Source: Candidatus Kuenenia stuttgartensis (GTDB lineage: Bacteria > Planctomycetota > Brocadiia > Brocadiales > Brocadiaceae). Taken from it: a stretch of 32,000 nt of DNA. Both the position numbers and the translations under genes were made by a program. The notes under the pieces are model-generated. The model worked only from the letters and a program-made list of their open reading frames with translations. It had not been told where the DNA came from and made no database searches. The stretch covers positions 1,200,001 to 1,232,000 of the forward strand of contig NZ_LT934425.1 in the NCBI RefSeq assembly GCF_900232105.1. Direction: 5' to 3'. Position 1 is the first letter of the stretch. Each line of letters begins with the position of its first letter. This document shows, in pieces, positions 16,661 through 29,825 of this stretch.

Positions 16661-18145
16661 TTATTTTATTAAATAAACAGTAACCTTTATCTTTTTATTT
16701 ACTCCCTTTGCCTTAAAATTGATGTCTGCTTTGCCTTTCCCCTTTTTAGCCTTAATGGTAAATATCACCTGTCCGTTAGCGTCTGTTTTTTGTCCGGATG
16801 GAGTAATCTTTATTTTCTCCGGATTATTTTTAGAAACCTTTGTTTTTACCTTCACGTCCTCGGCAACGCAGCCATCTTCGCCGGTTACCGTTACTATTAT
16901 TTCCGCACTCTCATTTTTCACAATTTCCAACTCTTCCGGATGTGCGGCAATTGATGCGGCTATACAGGTAACCGGAGCAGGTGTTGTCGTTGGCGACGGC
17001 ATTGGAGCAGTTGCCGTTGGTGACGGTGTTACCGCCGCCACAAAAGCGGTAGCTGTTACCACCCTTGGATAACCGGTGGTATTAATTTCATCGAAATAGG
17101 TAATCGTTAATGTCTCCCCTGCGGCTGCCTGAATACGTTCATATTCCAATGTGCCTCCGCTGTCTACCACCTGAATTGTTCCCACAAACGCACCTGTATC
17201 GGCGCCCGTTTCAACCATCCTCACCCTTGTAGTATTAAATGGGGACGTTTCAATAAATACATCGTTTGGCAGCACCTCTGCTTCTGTATGGTTCGTATTT
17301 CGCTCCGCATCTGCCAGCATCATTTTGGCATAGTCTCCTATAGAATAGGAGTCGGCATCAAACGAAAGTGTTGCATCAAAACTGCCGAATGTTAGTTCCC
17401 TTGAGATTGTTGCCTCTGTCAGTGCTTTGCCGGTGTATTCCACAGTGGCAGTACCGCCCTGCACTGTTTTTATAACGCCAATATTTGATCTGACATTTGA
17501 ACTGGCGCCGCCGGTGGTGGCTGTTCCCGTCCTTATAGTTGCAAGGAAAGTGCCGCTGTCAGCGCCGTCCTCATTCAGGTCAAGCAGCAGGTCTTTTCCG
17601 GAATAATAGTTTACGCCAAATACCTTAATGGCGGTGGTAAGCACCTCTTCCGATGCGGAATCGGCGTTTCTGCCGAGATCCGTTACGGTGACAACTACGG
17701 TATCGCCAAAAAGATATGCCATATCCTTGCTCAGTGACATACTGACTGTGTAACCAGGCGTTGGCGCAGGAGAAGGCGTGGGCGTTTCTGCTGGTATTGT
17801 CGGAGTGGGCGTCTCCGTTGCCGGTGGAGTAGGCGACGTAACAAATATTGGCGTAGGAGTAAACTTCAGTTCAGGCGACGGCGTGGGGCTGGGCTTTGAC
17901 GTTGGCGTTTGAGGCGGCGCTGATTCGGTGGTAAAACTCCAGCTATAGTTTGAATTCAGGCTGGTTCCGGCATAGTTTGCAGCACGAACGCCAGCGGTGA
18001 TTGTTGCAGTATATGCGGTGCTGTATGCCAGATTTACCAATGGGGTAAATGTAGCGGCCGCTCCGTTTGCGGTTACCAACCCGGTGACTTTATTAACTCC
18101 ATCGCTGAGTATAAACGTATCATTCGTAAGGGTAGAACCGTTGAT
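16661..18145 (-). pseudogene. C-terminal part of the giant surface protein, separated from the rest by the IS1634-like insertion
   Basis: Continues the Big_5/SbsA-like Ig repeat (INGSTLTNDTFILSDG...YSWSFTT), then a Pro/Thr-rich linker and Big_1-like domains. In frame with 20211-29798 once the insertion and one target copy are removed. Confidence 0.8.
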
Positions 18146-18151
18146 ATACAT

Positions 18152-20210
18152 CCCATGTTCCGGAAAGAAATTACTAAAGTCAAATTTGGCAAACACTTAT
18201 AAACATTGATTCTGCGACTACATGTCTTTTGGAAGTCTTTTAATTACTGGCCGAAAACAACATTGGACATTCCAAGTTTTTCCAATAGCATTTGTGTGAC
18301 GGCGGGAAGTTTCACGGCTTTCTTTAAGGTTTCACCGGTATTTTTAGCCTCAAGAGTGGCGATATCTATATCTTTGAACGGCGCATAGAGTTCCTTTGAG
18401 TTTAAAAAATCTTTTTCTCCTATTGCCTTTCGTTGGTTTGATAGATAACGGTTTATAAAATATGCCAGGATGCAGATAGTATAGACGGCTTTAACATGTG
18501 CCTCGGTATTGACAAAGAAGGGCCTGATTTTTAAGAACGATTTTACATTTTTAAAGACATCTTCTATTTTTGTCTTGTCCCGATAGGCTCTAACTATAGA
18601 TTGGGGTTTTGCTTTAAACGCACCTCCATCTTCCCGTTCTGTATGGTTAGTGATAAAAACACATACGCCATCCAACAATCTATCTGCGGCTATAACATCA
18701 GTTAACAGCTTGATTTCTATTTTGAAACTTTTGACGGATTTGACCTGCCCGTTTTTCAGTCTATGGGTAACGGTGATGGACGTCAGAACAGGGTCTTCGA
18801 AATATTTATGAATCTTTAACCTTTTCAGCTCATCTACAATGCGGCTCTTTGTTGCGTCATATTGCCGGTCTCTTTGGGCATTTTTAAGGTTTTTATTCTC
18901 TTCTTTGAGATAATCCTTAAAAAAGGTTATTTTCTCGTCTCTATTATTGCGGTCTTCTATAAATAAAGTGGGATTAAAACCGGTAATAAAACGCTTGTTT
19001 CCTATGACGCCATTGTCATGGTAGTATAATTCATCATCATAGTTTAAAAACCCTTGCGGGATAGGTATATCGGAGGCGTCCTTATCTTCTATGGATAACC
19101 CATTAAGAGACTTTAAACTGACACCGCAAGAGGGTATCTGATTTCTATCCAATGCCGAGATGTATTTGAGTTTGGCTTCTTCTATCAAATTGGCATTGTC
19201 CTCAGAGATTATGCCTCTGTCAAATACAAGGGTGACGTTTTTATCAGTCAATTTGAATCTGGTTTTACAGGCATTGATATTCTGTTTGAGGGTTTTTACC
19301 TCAGCGGTGTTCCCGGGGAATACATCCCATTTGAAAGGATATCCCTCAGAGTTGATAAGAACACCCAGTAAGACCTGCCGCCTGCCATGACACTCTATTT
19401 TGCCCTTGCCAAATGCCGATAGATCACAGTTATATCCCACAAAGTAGGAAGTAGTTAGGTCGTAGTTGATAAATTTATAGGATTCCGGACGTTTCCAGAA
19501 GGTTTGGTTAAAAAGGTGGTTCTCTATAGATATTTTGTTTTTGTGTATTTTATCTAATTCATAATAGATTTTATCGTCATTTAGGCCTGAAAGATCAATT
19601 TTAAGAATGTCCTCCAGCGCGCTCTTTTTCGCCCAATGAGGAATGGAATAATGAGAACACGGATCGGTGCACCTGTTAATAGTCAGTATCTTTGCAATCA
19701 TATTGGTAGGAAGGGCGCCTGCAGTGACATCGTAGTCAAAAGCCTGATCAAGCTGCCACTGGTTCCACAACTCATTAACAACGGCTATATCGAGATATGC
19801 CCTGCTTTCCAGGACTGCAACGTCTTTGAGCTGAGTCTGCAATTGATCTGTGTTTTCAACTGTTTTACATATCAGTTTGATTTGCTCGGCTTGAATATCG
19901 GAAAGTTTCCCGATGGGCCAAAGTATTCTTTTTCTGACCTTTTTGCCATCCCTGTAGGATTCGGCAATAGAGTAAGATTTATAGGTTTTCCCTTTGTATT
20001 TAGAATCGCTATAAGTAAGGTGCATAATGTAGTCCCAATATTCTTTGACTACACTATCATTAATAAAATATTTTGTCAAGTCAGTATTTATAGGGTTATA
20101 AAGGATTTGTATTAATAAATAGGCCATTTATTCTGCGACTACATATTATTTTGAATTTGTGGAAACCCGCTTAAAATAAGGATTTTGTTGAAATCTTTCC
20201 GGAAAGGGGG
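18152..20210 (-). mobile_element. IS1634-family insertion (2059 bp by its outer ends)
   Basis: ATACAT duplicated at 18146-18151 and 20211-20216; imperfect terminal inverted repeats CCCATGTTCCGGAAAGA / CCCCCTTTCCGGAAAGA; removal restores the host reading frame. Confidence 0.75.
18244..20127 (-). CDS. IS1634-family transposase (627-aa ORF; the true start is probably internal, near MHLTYSDSKYKGKTYKSYSIAES)
   Basis: INYDLTTSYFVGYNCDLSAFGKGK..., GYPFKWDVFPGNTAEVKTLK, VTLVFDRGIISEDNANLIEEAKLKYISALDR, YRDKTKIEDVFKNVKSFLKIRPFFVNTEAHVKAVYTICILAYFI. Confidence 0.85.
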   Translation of the reverse strand: MAYLLIQILYNPINTDLTKYFINDSVVKEYWDYIMHLTYSDSKYKGKTYKSYSIAESYRDGKKVRKRILWPIGKLSDIQAEQIKLICKTVENTDQLQTQLKDVAVLESRAYLDIAVVNELWNQWQLDQAFDYDVTAGALPTNMIAKILTINRCTDPCSHYSIPHWAKKSALEDILKIDLSGLNDDKIYYELDKIHKNKISIENHLFNQTFWKRPESYKFINYDLTTSYFVGYNCDLSAFGKGKIECHGRRQVLLGVLINSEGYPFKWDVFPGNTAEVKTLKQNINACKTRFKLTDKNVTLVFDRGIISEDNANLIEEAKLKYISALDRNQIPSCGVSLKSLNGLSIEDKDASDIPIPQGFLNYDDELYYHDNGVIGNKRFITGFNPTLFIEDRNNRDEKITFFKDYLKEENKNLKNAQRDRQYDATKSRIVDELKRLKIHKYFEDPVLTSITVTHRLKNGQVKSVKSFKIEIKLLTDVIAADRLLDGVCVFITNHTEREDGGAFKAKPQSIVRAYRDKTKIEDVFKNVKSFLKIRPFFVNTEAHVKAVYTICILAYFINRYLSNQRKAIGEKDFLNSKELYAPFKDIDIATLEAKNTGETLKKAVKLPAVTQMLLEKLGMSNVVFGQ

Positions 20211-23200
20211 ATACATTGAAAAGGTTGCAGATATTGCCGTGTCTATCGCCACACTTGCTGCCCCATTGAGCGGTTTTGTCGAATTTATGGTAAGGGTTAC
20301 GACCGGAGGCGGTGAAGGGGGTTCCGGCGCAGAAACGGTGGTAAAATTCCAGGTATAAGAAGAAGCCATCGCATTCCCAGCCAAATCCTTCACCCCGGTG
20401 GTAATCGTTGCCGTATAGGCAGTGGAATAGGATAGATTATTCAGTGGTGTAAATACGGCCGTCGTGCCATCGCAGGTTACTGCTCCGCTAATGCTGCCGC
20501 TACTATCGCTTAACGTAAATGAGGTTGTGGTGATGGTAGATACATTCATTGTTTCGCTGAATGTAGCAGTGGTAGCATTATTTATTGCCACGCCGGATGC
20601 ACCATTGGAGGGATTCGTGGAATTCACTGTGGGCGGTGTTGTATCCGTTACTGTTCCGGTGGTAAAGCTCCATGTATATGCAGACGACATCGCATTTCCT
20701 GCCAAATCTTCCACTCCCGCTGTAAGCGCAGCCGTATAGGTGGTATTGGATGAGAGATTTGCCAGTGGAGTAAATGTGGCGATGCTCCCATGATAAGACA
20801 CCGCTCCGCCAATGGTGCTGCTGCCATTGACCACTGTAAACGTGGCTATGGTAAGGGAAGAAGCGCTCATAGTCTCACCGAATACGGCAGTAATAGCGCC
20901 GTTAAGGACGACATCCGTGTCCCCGTTGGCAGGAACTGTGGAACTGACCACAGGCGCGGTGGTATCAGCCGATGCGCCGGTTGTAAAACTCCACGTGTAG
21001 TCAGATGCCATCCCATTGCCTGCCAAATCTTTCGCTCCTGTGGTAATCGTTGCTGTATAAGTTGTATTAAGCGCCAGATTTGTCAGCGGAGTAAATGTGG
21101 CGGTAGCGCCTGCACTGGTTACCGTGCCGTCAATATTACCAACGCCATCACTCAGGATAAACGTAGCCTCAGTAATGGTAGAAGCGCTCACTACCTCGCT
21201 GAACGTGGCTGCGATTGCGCCATTGTAAGCAACCCCTGTAGCGCCACTGGCCGGGCTTGTAGCGCTGACCACGGGCGCCGTGTCGTCCGTGGATGTCCCT
21301 GTGGTAAAACTCCACATATACGCAGACGCCATATTGTTTCCAGTATGATCTTTTACCTCAGTTGTTATGACGGCAGTGTAAGCAGTATCGGAGTCAAGGA
21401 TACCTGACGGTATAAATTCAGCGGTTCTGTCATTGTAGGACACCGTTCCACTGATATTGCCGCCGATGTCGTCGCTTACAGTGAATGCTGCCGTTGTAAT
21501 CGTAGAATTGTCCATAGCCTCGCTGAACACGGCGGCGATGGCTCTGTTGACGGAAACATCATTGTCGCCATACGCCGGGCTTGTGAAGCTGACCCCAGCC
21601 GTTACCGTCACCGTTCCGGAATTTACTGCAGTAAGACTCCCAGACGTCGCCTTTATTTCAGCAGTACCTGCAAAATGTCCGGTAAAAACCGCACTCTTAC
21701 CGTCGCCGGATGAGGCAATATCACCGGAAATCACACCACCAGTGATGTTCTCAAGCGACCACGTATCTGCCGCAACATTAGCTACAAAATTATCCGAGGC
21801 ATCCCGGGAAATGGCATATGCGGTAATCAGGTTGCCCGGTGTTATACCCTGCGCAGGAACAATTTCCCCGCTTCCATCCGGTTCCGTCTCTACCCCCACC
21901 TTTGTGGCTGCTCCTGCCAGTATGGTAAAGTCATCGCTTACGTCGGAAGCCAACTCGCTACTTGAAGCCGTCAGGTTCTTTGTGCCAGCCAGGTTGATAC
22001 TCAGGTCATTAAATGTTGCAAGACCACTGGCCTGCGTTGTTTCCACCGTTGTCCCGCTAAGCACACCCGTTCCGGAAGACAATGTCATTGTAATTGAAAC
22101 ACTACCGGTAGATACATTATTTCCATAGATGTCCTGTAGCTGTACCGTCACCGATGGACTGATCGTATTTCCCGCCGTAGTATCCGAAGGTTGCTGGCTA
22201 AAACCCACCTTCGCCACCGCTCCCGCCGATATGGTAAACGCATTGCTGACGGCTGAATTTAATCCGTCACTTGATGCCGTAAGGTTTTTTGTACCCGCAA
22301 TGTTGATGTTCAAATCATTAAACGTTGCGAGGCCGCTTGCATTTGTCGTTTGTAGTATTGTTCCGTTAAGTTCCCCGGTCCCGGAAGACAATGAAATCGT
22401 AATATCAACCCCGGCGGCAGCTACATTATTACCATTGACATCCTGCAACTGTACCGTTACTGCCGGGCTGATCGTAGCCCCTGCCGTGGCATCAGAAGGT
22501 TGCTGAACAAAGACCACCTTTTTTGCCGGTCCTGCTATAGTTGTAATGCTACCGCTCGTGCCCGTTAAGTTGTCAGCATCAGTTCCCGTCACGGTGTGAA
22601 CAGTTCCTGCTGTCGTACTGGTGGTAAAGGTTACCGTTGCAAGGCCGTTGACGTCTGTTATGCTCGTGCCGGATGAAAAGGATCCGCCATTGGTGCTGCT
22701 CCAGGTGACTACTTTACCATCTGCACTTACTGCATTATCATTGGCATCCGCAAGTTGCGCTGTAATTGCTACGCTGCCTCCCGCTGCCGGGCTGTTGTCG
22801 TCTGAACTTACGATGTACTTGCCTGCAAAAGGTCCGGCAGTCCATTGTGAAAATGCATCTACACCGGTAAGCGATAGCGTGTTGGCGTCCGTATCTCTTG
22901 AGGGAACATACCGGCTGGGCCAGGTCGTTCCCCCATCCGTGGATTTTGCATAAATCAAATTTGCTTCGTTTATTCCGTTCAACTCGTTATCTGCATATTT
23001 TGATACGAGGGTAGCATCCAGGCCGGCGTTTGTCGTTGGGGTAATAACAAATATTCTGTTTATCCCGGCAACTCCGTCAATAGTCTGAGCAGTTCCCGTG
23101 CCTGTCTTTCTCAAAACAACCGTAGAACCCGGTGCTGAGCCAGCAGCATTTATCTGGATTCCTAAACCACCAAATGTTTCATTTACCCCCGTTGACAATG

Positions 23201-26200
23201 TGCGTGTTGTCTGAATATTCCCGGTAACGACACTGTCATTTGTAGTATTCCCATCAGTATCGTTTGTTTCTGACAATATTCCGGACGAACCAAGAGTCAG
23301 GGTATTACTACTCCCCGTTGTAAGTATTCCACCCGACACCGTAAGTGTCCCATTAACGGTTGCAGAACCGCCAAGTGTAACTCCACTGGAATTATTGACC
23401 TTGAGGTTTCCATAGGTAAGGGCACTGACCTCCTGCGCCGCTGTACCTGTATATTCCACGGTCAGATCCGTAAGCGTCTTGTTTGAAATGGTATATTGAG
23501 CATTAAAATCAGGAGTAGTTGCCGTCCGTGTTACTTTGACAGTACCGTTCCCGGTCAAAGCGCCGCTTCCGCTGATTACAACTGAAGCACCAGGACTCAA
23601 AACGGCATTCAGGTCAACATCCAGCGTTCCATCAATACTAAAGTTCGTATTTACAGAAACGGCAGCGCCGGTATTCGAAATCGTCAGATTGTTAAACGCC
23701 GTTGTTGTTCCGCCTATGGTTTGTGCGGCGGTTCCATTCAACGTTATTGTGCTTGTTGATGCAGTAAAGGCACCGTTATTTGTAAAGTCTCCTCCAATGG
23801 AGTGGCTAAAGCTGCCAGAGTCAAACGCAGCGCTGGAACCAATGGTGAGGCTGCCGCTAACTGTCATTGCGCCTCCTGCGGCGGCAGAAGCGGTTTCCGA
23901 CATCGAGAAATCTCCGTCGATGGTCAGCGCCGATGCTGGCATGGTCTTTGTGCCGGTACCACTCAGTATGAGATGCCAATATCCCACTGTTCCGCCATTT
24001 GGATTTAACACCGTCTGATCTCCGCCGTTATACTCTACCGTATTTATCAGGAATCGTGCCCGCCATGTTCCATTATTGGTAATTGCACCGGCGATGCGCA
24101 TGATATTGTCGGTGCTCATCGTCAGTTCTGCGCCGGCGTCGATGGTAATATTGTAGAAATTCGTTTCCCCGGACATTGATGCGGCAGCGTTCGTAAAAAT
24201 TACGGTGCTCGTATCGGGATTAAAAGTTCCGTTATTTACCCAGCAACCGTTGCTGCCATCAATGGTAAGCTGCGAACTTGAGGTTCCGTTCAAAATACCG
24301 CCGCTCCGGATTGTCATGCTGTTGATTGTAACGCTGGAGGGTAGTACCGGGGAATAGTTGCCAGAGGGTAGGGCAGGAATTATTACGTCGCCAGTTGCTC
24401 CCGGGACGCCGCCTATCCAATTCGCCGGGTCTGTCCAGTCCGTACTGAAATCGCCATCCCAAACAATATCTGTGGCCACCCTATTGGCAAGTGTCCACTC
24501 GAAATCTCCAAAGATTGAACTAAATGCGGCAATACCCATATTAGACAATTCAATCCAGTTGTCTGTTGTATTGAGACTTGAACTGCCACGTTCCTCTACG
24601 GCGGCTTCGGGGTCAGCATGATAATGCCATGAACTCAGATTACTTTCCGTATTCCCATTAAGTTCTGAATCGTGGTAGTGGAGTTTCACTGTAGCAACAG
24701 AGCCGCTTCCCCCGGTTCGGATAATGTCATAGTATCTCGTAATAGCAGTTGTTTTCCAGGAAGGGGCAGAGCCGATAGTAATTTTTACACTCATTTCTGT
24801 TGGCAACGTTCCTGCATCAGAAAAGGTTATCGTGGTAAACTGACTACCGAAACTATACTGGGTATTGGAGGTAATGGTTGTCCGCTTGACAATGCCTGTC
24901 ACATCACCTGTTCCTACCGTAGTTGCTGAAGCGCCCATCGTAAGCGTGTTGGAGCCTATGGCAAGGTTGCCGGTCAAGGTCAAGGTTGCATTCACCGTGA
25001 GATTTGTGGTTGCTGAAACAGCGACGGTTGTATTTGAAATCGTTAAACTATTAAATGTTGTTATACTTGTGCCGGCAATGGTTTGCTCTGATGTACCATT
25101 AAATGTCACGACGCCAGTACCGGCAGTAAAGGTGCTGTTGTTTGTCCAGTTGCCTGTCAGACTCAGGGTGCTCGAATTGCCATCAAGTGTTCCTGCAGTG
25201 AGCGTTACATAGCCATTGATAATGTGAGATAATCCGCTGCCGGGATTTAACGTCCCGCCGCTCCCATTCATCGTTAATGATGCAGCCGTAACACTGCCTG
25301 TAAGAGTCGCCGTGCTTGCTGTCCTCTCAAAGGAAAGCGCCCCTGTTGTAGAGAAACCGGCGATGTTTGGCGTAGCGCTCGTTCCGCCAATGGTTATATT
25401 GGAGCCGTTAGCGGTAAACGTGGCGCTATTAGTAAAACTCCCGTTTAACGTCAGGGCATAGTTGCTTGCTGATGTGTTGAATGTCCCTCCCGTAATATTT
25501 AATGTCCCGTTCACAATTATGGCCGCCCCCAGCGTTCCCGTTCCTGTGCCGGACTTTGTAAGGTTATTAAAGGTAGTGGCATTATTGGTAATCGTTTGTG
25601 CGCCGCTTCCGTTAAAATTGACTGACCCTGTACCGGCGGTAAACGTTGCCGAACCTGTCCAGTTACCGGTCAGGCTCAGAGTACCTGAACTGCCATCGAG
25701 TGTGCCCGCAGTGAGTGTTACGTTACCGTTGATGGCGTGAGATAATCCACTGCCAAGATTTAACGTCCCGCCGCTCCCGTTCATCGTTAATGATGCAGCC
25801 GTAACATTGCCGGTAAGAGTCGCAGTGCTTGCCGTCCGTTCAAATGAAAGCGCCCCTGTTGTCGAGAAACCTGCAATGCCCGGCGTAGCACTTGTTCCGC
25901 CAATAATTATGTTAGACCCATTTGCCGTAAATGTTGCATTGTTAACAAAACTGCCGTTCAAGGTTAAAGCATAGTTGCTTGCGGATGTATTAAGCGTACC
26001 TGCCGTGATGGTAAGGTCGCCGTTTACTATGATGGCGGCGCCAAGCGTCGCCGTCCGCCCGGATTTGTCAATAGTGAGATGATGATAGGTTGTTCCCTTT
26101 ACCGTTTGCGCAGCGGTCGTGCTGGTGTAGTTAACCGTATTGGAATTGACCGTTGCCGTCAGGGTAGTAATGTCTGAAGTACCGCCAATATTTAAAACAG

Positions 26201-29200
26201 CGCCACTGCCCTGGGTAAGCCCGCCAGAACCGCTTAAGGCTGTGTCAACGGTCAGGGTTGTGTTGTTGGTGAGGGTAACTTCTGCAACCGTCACACTGGG
26301 AATTGAAATCGCCGATGTTCCTCTGATTGCTTGGTTGTTTGTGTCAAAGGTATATACTCCCGTTCCGGCGTCAAAGGTCGCGCCGTTATGAATGATCCCT
26401 CCCTGAAAGGTCACCGCCTCATTAGCCGAATTATTCCATGTTCCGCCAGCATCAATTGTGACCAATCCTACAAACATCTTTGTTCCGGTTTTGCGTGTGA
26501 TACCTAATGTGCCTGCAATACTCGTGATGCCATTTGCCGTTAAGGTGTTAGAGCCTGTATTGAACGTTCCTGCCGTTACAGTAAGGACTCCGTTCACTGT
26601 GGTGGTAGCACCCAGAGTTGCTGTATTTGACACCTTGTTAATCGTGAGATGATGATAAGTCGTTCCTTTTACCGTCTGATTGCCAGCGCCATTATAATTA
26701 ACCGTATTGGGATTGGCAGTAGCAGTCAGGGTAGTAATGCCTGAAGAACCGCCGATGTTTAATACGGCGCCGCTGCCCTGTATAAGCTCCCTTCCACTGC
26801 CACTACCACTACTGCTTAAGGCAGTTTCAACCGTTAAAGTTGCATTATTCGTGAGGGTTGCTCCCGAGGCAACGGTTATTGTTGGAATCGAAAAGTCACT
26901 ATCGACAGAATAATCTGTTGTAAAAGTAGCAGCGGTAAGTGATTTCGAGGCCGCCGTGCCGCTGAGTGTGCCGCCGCCTCCTGACTTCTGAAATGTCCAT
27001 GTGCCCTGAGTCCCCGTGATTGACCCTGTTCCGTCTATCTGCAGATTGCCATTCATCGTAACGCCTTCTGTGACGGTGAAATCCATGGCGCCACCGTCAT
27101 TTATTATAATATCGCCAAATGTCTTTGTGTTCGACTTTGAAGTGATGTTTATTGCGCCAGTTACGCTTGTTGTTCCTGTGACGGTTGATGTAACACCTCC
27201 AATACCAAGCGTTCCGGAGGTAATGGTAAGATTGCCGTTTATTGTGATAGTTGCCCCGAACGACGCCGTATTCGAGGCCTTATTAATGGTAAGGTGATTA
27301 AATGTAGTAGTCTTGCTTCCGATTGTTTGATCATTCGTTCCGGTAAATACTACGGTACCGGTGTTTGCCGTAAATGTTCCTGAGCCTGTCCAGTTGCCGT
27401 AAAGCGTTAAAGTACTCGATCCCCCATTCAATGTTCCTGCGGTTAGCACAACATTGCCTGTGATGGTGTGGTTGAATGCAGCGCCAAGATTAAACGTCCC
27501 GCCCGATGCGTTTACGGTAAGATTGCCTGCTATAGTAAGTGTCGAATCAGGTGTTTTTGTCCCTGCGCCTGAGATTGTCAGGTTTTGATAACCCGGTGTT
27601 CCGGATACAGTCTGAGTTATTCCCGATGTATATTCCACCGTTGTTCCGGAGGCGATATTTAATGTATTAAACGATGGAAACGTAGTCCCTACTGTCGCTG
27701 AGCCTAGTTTAACCGTTCCGGATGTGAGGTTAAGAACGCTGGAGCCAGATAGGGTGATTACATAACCTCCATCGCTAAAGACACTATTTGATGTTACGTC
27801 GCCAATCGTAAGCGTGTTAACTGTTATATTGCCCCCAAGGGTGCCCCCGGCGGTATTATTGACCTTCAGCGTTACATATGTTCCTGCATGTATTGCCTGG
27901 GTAGCGGAACCATTATAATTAACCACGTTCCCGCTTGCAGATGCCGTCAGGGTGGTAATGTCTGAAGTACCGCCGATGTTTAAAACAGCGTTGCTTTCCT
28001 GCGTGATCCCTCCCGTGCCGCTCAAGGCCGTGCCAACCATCAGGGTAATGCTGTTGGTAAGGGTAACGCCCGTAACGGTTACTCTGGGGATAGAAATCGC
28101 TGTTGTCCCTCCTATTACCTGGCTGTTAATATCAAAGGTTTGCACTGCCGTTCCAGCGGTAAAGGCAGCGCCGTTATGTGTAATCCCTCCCTGAAAGGTC
28201 ACCGCTTCGTTAGCCGAGTTATTCCAGACACCGCCTGAATTGATCGTAACCATTCCGGTAAACGTCTTTGTTCCGGTTGTGCTCGTGATACCTAATGTTC
28301 CTGTAACACTCGTAATACCGTTTGCAGCTAAGGTATAAGCGCCTGTATTAAGCGTTCCTGCCGTAATGGTAAGGTCTCCATTCACGGTAGTTGTAGCGCC
28401 AAGCGTTGCGGTTTGGCCTGATTTGTTGATAGTTAGATGGTGATAGGTAGTCCCTTTTACTGTTTGTGAAGCCGTTGTACTGGTGTAGTTGACCGTATTG
28501 GGATTGGCAGTCGCAGTCAGGGTGGTAATGGCTGAAGTGCCGCCGATGTTTAAAACAGCGTTGCTTCCCTGGGTAAGCCCACCTGTGCCGCTTAAGGCTG
28601 TGCCAACCGTTAAAATTGTGCTATTAGTGAGGGTGACTCCCGTAACGGTTATACTGGAAATGGAAATTGCCGTTGTCCCTCCGATCTCCTGGCTGTTTGT
28701 TGCAAATGTCTGCACCCCAGTTCCGGCGGTAAAGGTCGCGCCGTTATGGGTGATTCCTCCCCGAAAAGTCACTGCCTCATTCGCTGAGTTGTCCCACGTT
28801 CCACCCGCATCAATTGTAACCAGTCCGACAAAGATCTTTGTCCCTGTATCTGAAGTGATGTTTACCGTTCCGTCAATAGTTGTCGGGCCGGTAACCGTTG
28901 ATGTTACTCCCCCTAAATTAAGCGTACCGGTTCCGTTAACAGAAAGATTTTCTGCAATGGTTAAAGTACCGCTATTTACCGTTGCTGTGCCATCGATGGC
29001 CAAATTTCCAAAGGTCATGCTGACAGTCGGAGCGATGGTAGTAGTTGAGGCAAGGGTGGTAGTAGCCTTGGACAGGTTAAAAGTGCCTCTCGTATTGGTA
29101 ATATCTCCACCAAAGGAGATTGTTGCCGCGTCGCTGGATGTGAGATCTGAGCCAGCTCCGTTTTTGATATAATCACCAGAGAACGTTAAGGCACCGGTTG

Positions 29201-29798
29201 AAACTGTAATGTCGCAATTTCGTTGTTGACTTGTCGCTGCCCCTTGCAGAGTAGTCCCGCCTACGGTAAACGTACCTGTACCCACCGTGAGGGTAATATT
29301 CGTCGTGGCCGCAGTGGGTTGGGCGGTAAAATCGCCGCTGCACGAGAATATTCCTCCATTAAAGGTAATCGTCATATGCGAACCGCTTCTGGCAGGGCTC
29401 AGGTCGGCATTTACACATGAAAGGGTAACGCCGGAGGCAAGATTTATGTTATGCACTCTGGCTGTTGTAGTAATTGTATTGGTAATATCACCCGAAATGG
29501 TCAGGTTTCCATTAATTGTCAGTGTTGATGCAGCGGAATTACCATAGGTAAGTGAAGCGATTGTTGTGGAAGTGGTTATCGTAGGCTGGTTGGTAATAGC
29601 GCCGGTGCCTATCTCGACTGCATCATCTGACGCGGGAGGGAGGCTTGGGGTACCGCTAACGGTAGTCCAGTTTGATGCCGTTTCCCATGCAGAACTTGTG
29701 GCGCCGGACCAGCGAACCGTTCCTGCGGCGAGCGCTTCTGCATCACCGGCAAAGGCCAGTGTGAGTATAAAAAGTGTTAAAATTATAAACTTATTCAC
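20211..29798 (-). CDS. Giant repetitive secreted/surface protein, N-terminal 3196 codons (interrupted; ORF as read ends at 20139)
   Basis: Signal peptide MNKFIILTLFILTLAFAGDAEA; long Thr/Gly/Asn-rich beta-helix-like repeats (GTTYHHLTINKSGQTATLGATTTVNGDLTITAGTLNT); Big_1/invasin-like domains (SPAAGGSVAITAQLADANDNAVSADGKVVTWSSTNGGSF); several Big_5/SbsA-like domains ending YTWSFTT. Confidence 0.85.
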
Positions 29799-29825
29799 GT
29801 AAGTCAGGTCATCTCAAAAACTTTA

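Noticed and set aside
20464-29802. Many plus-strand ORFs of 60-227 aa antisense to the giant gene
   Set aside because: They arise from the biased, repetitive, GC-structured codons of the giant minus-strand gene. Their translations are low-complexity Val/Pro/Ala-rich strings with no recognisable domain.
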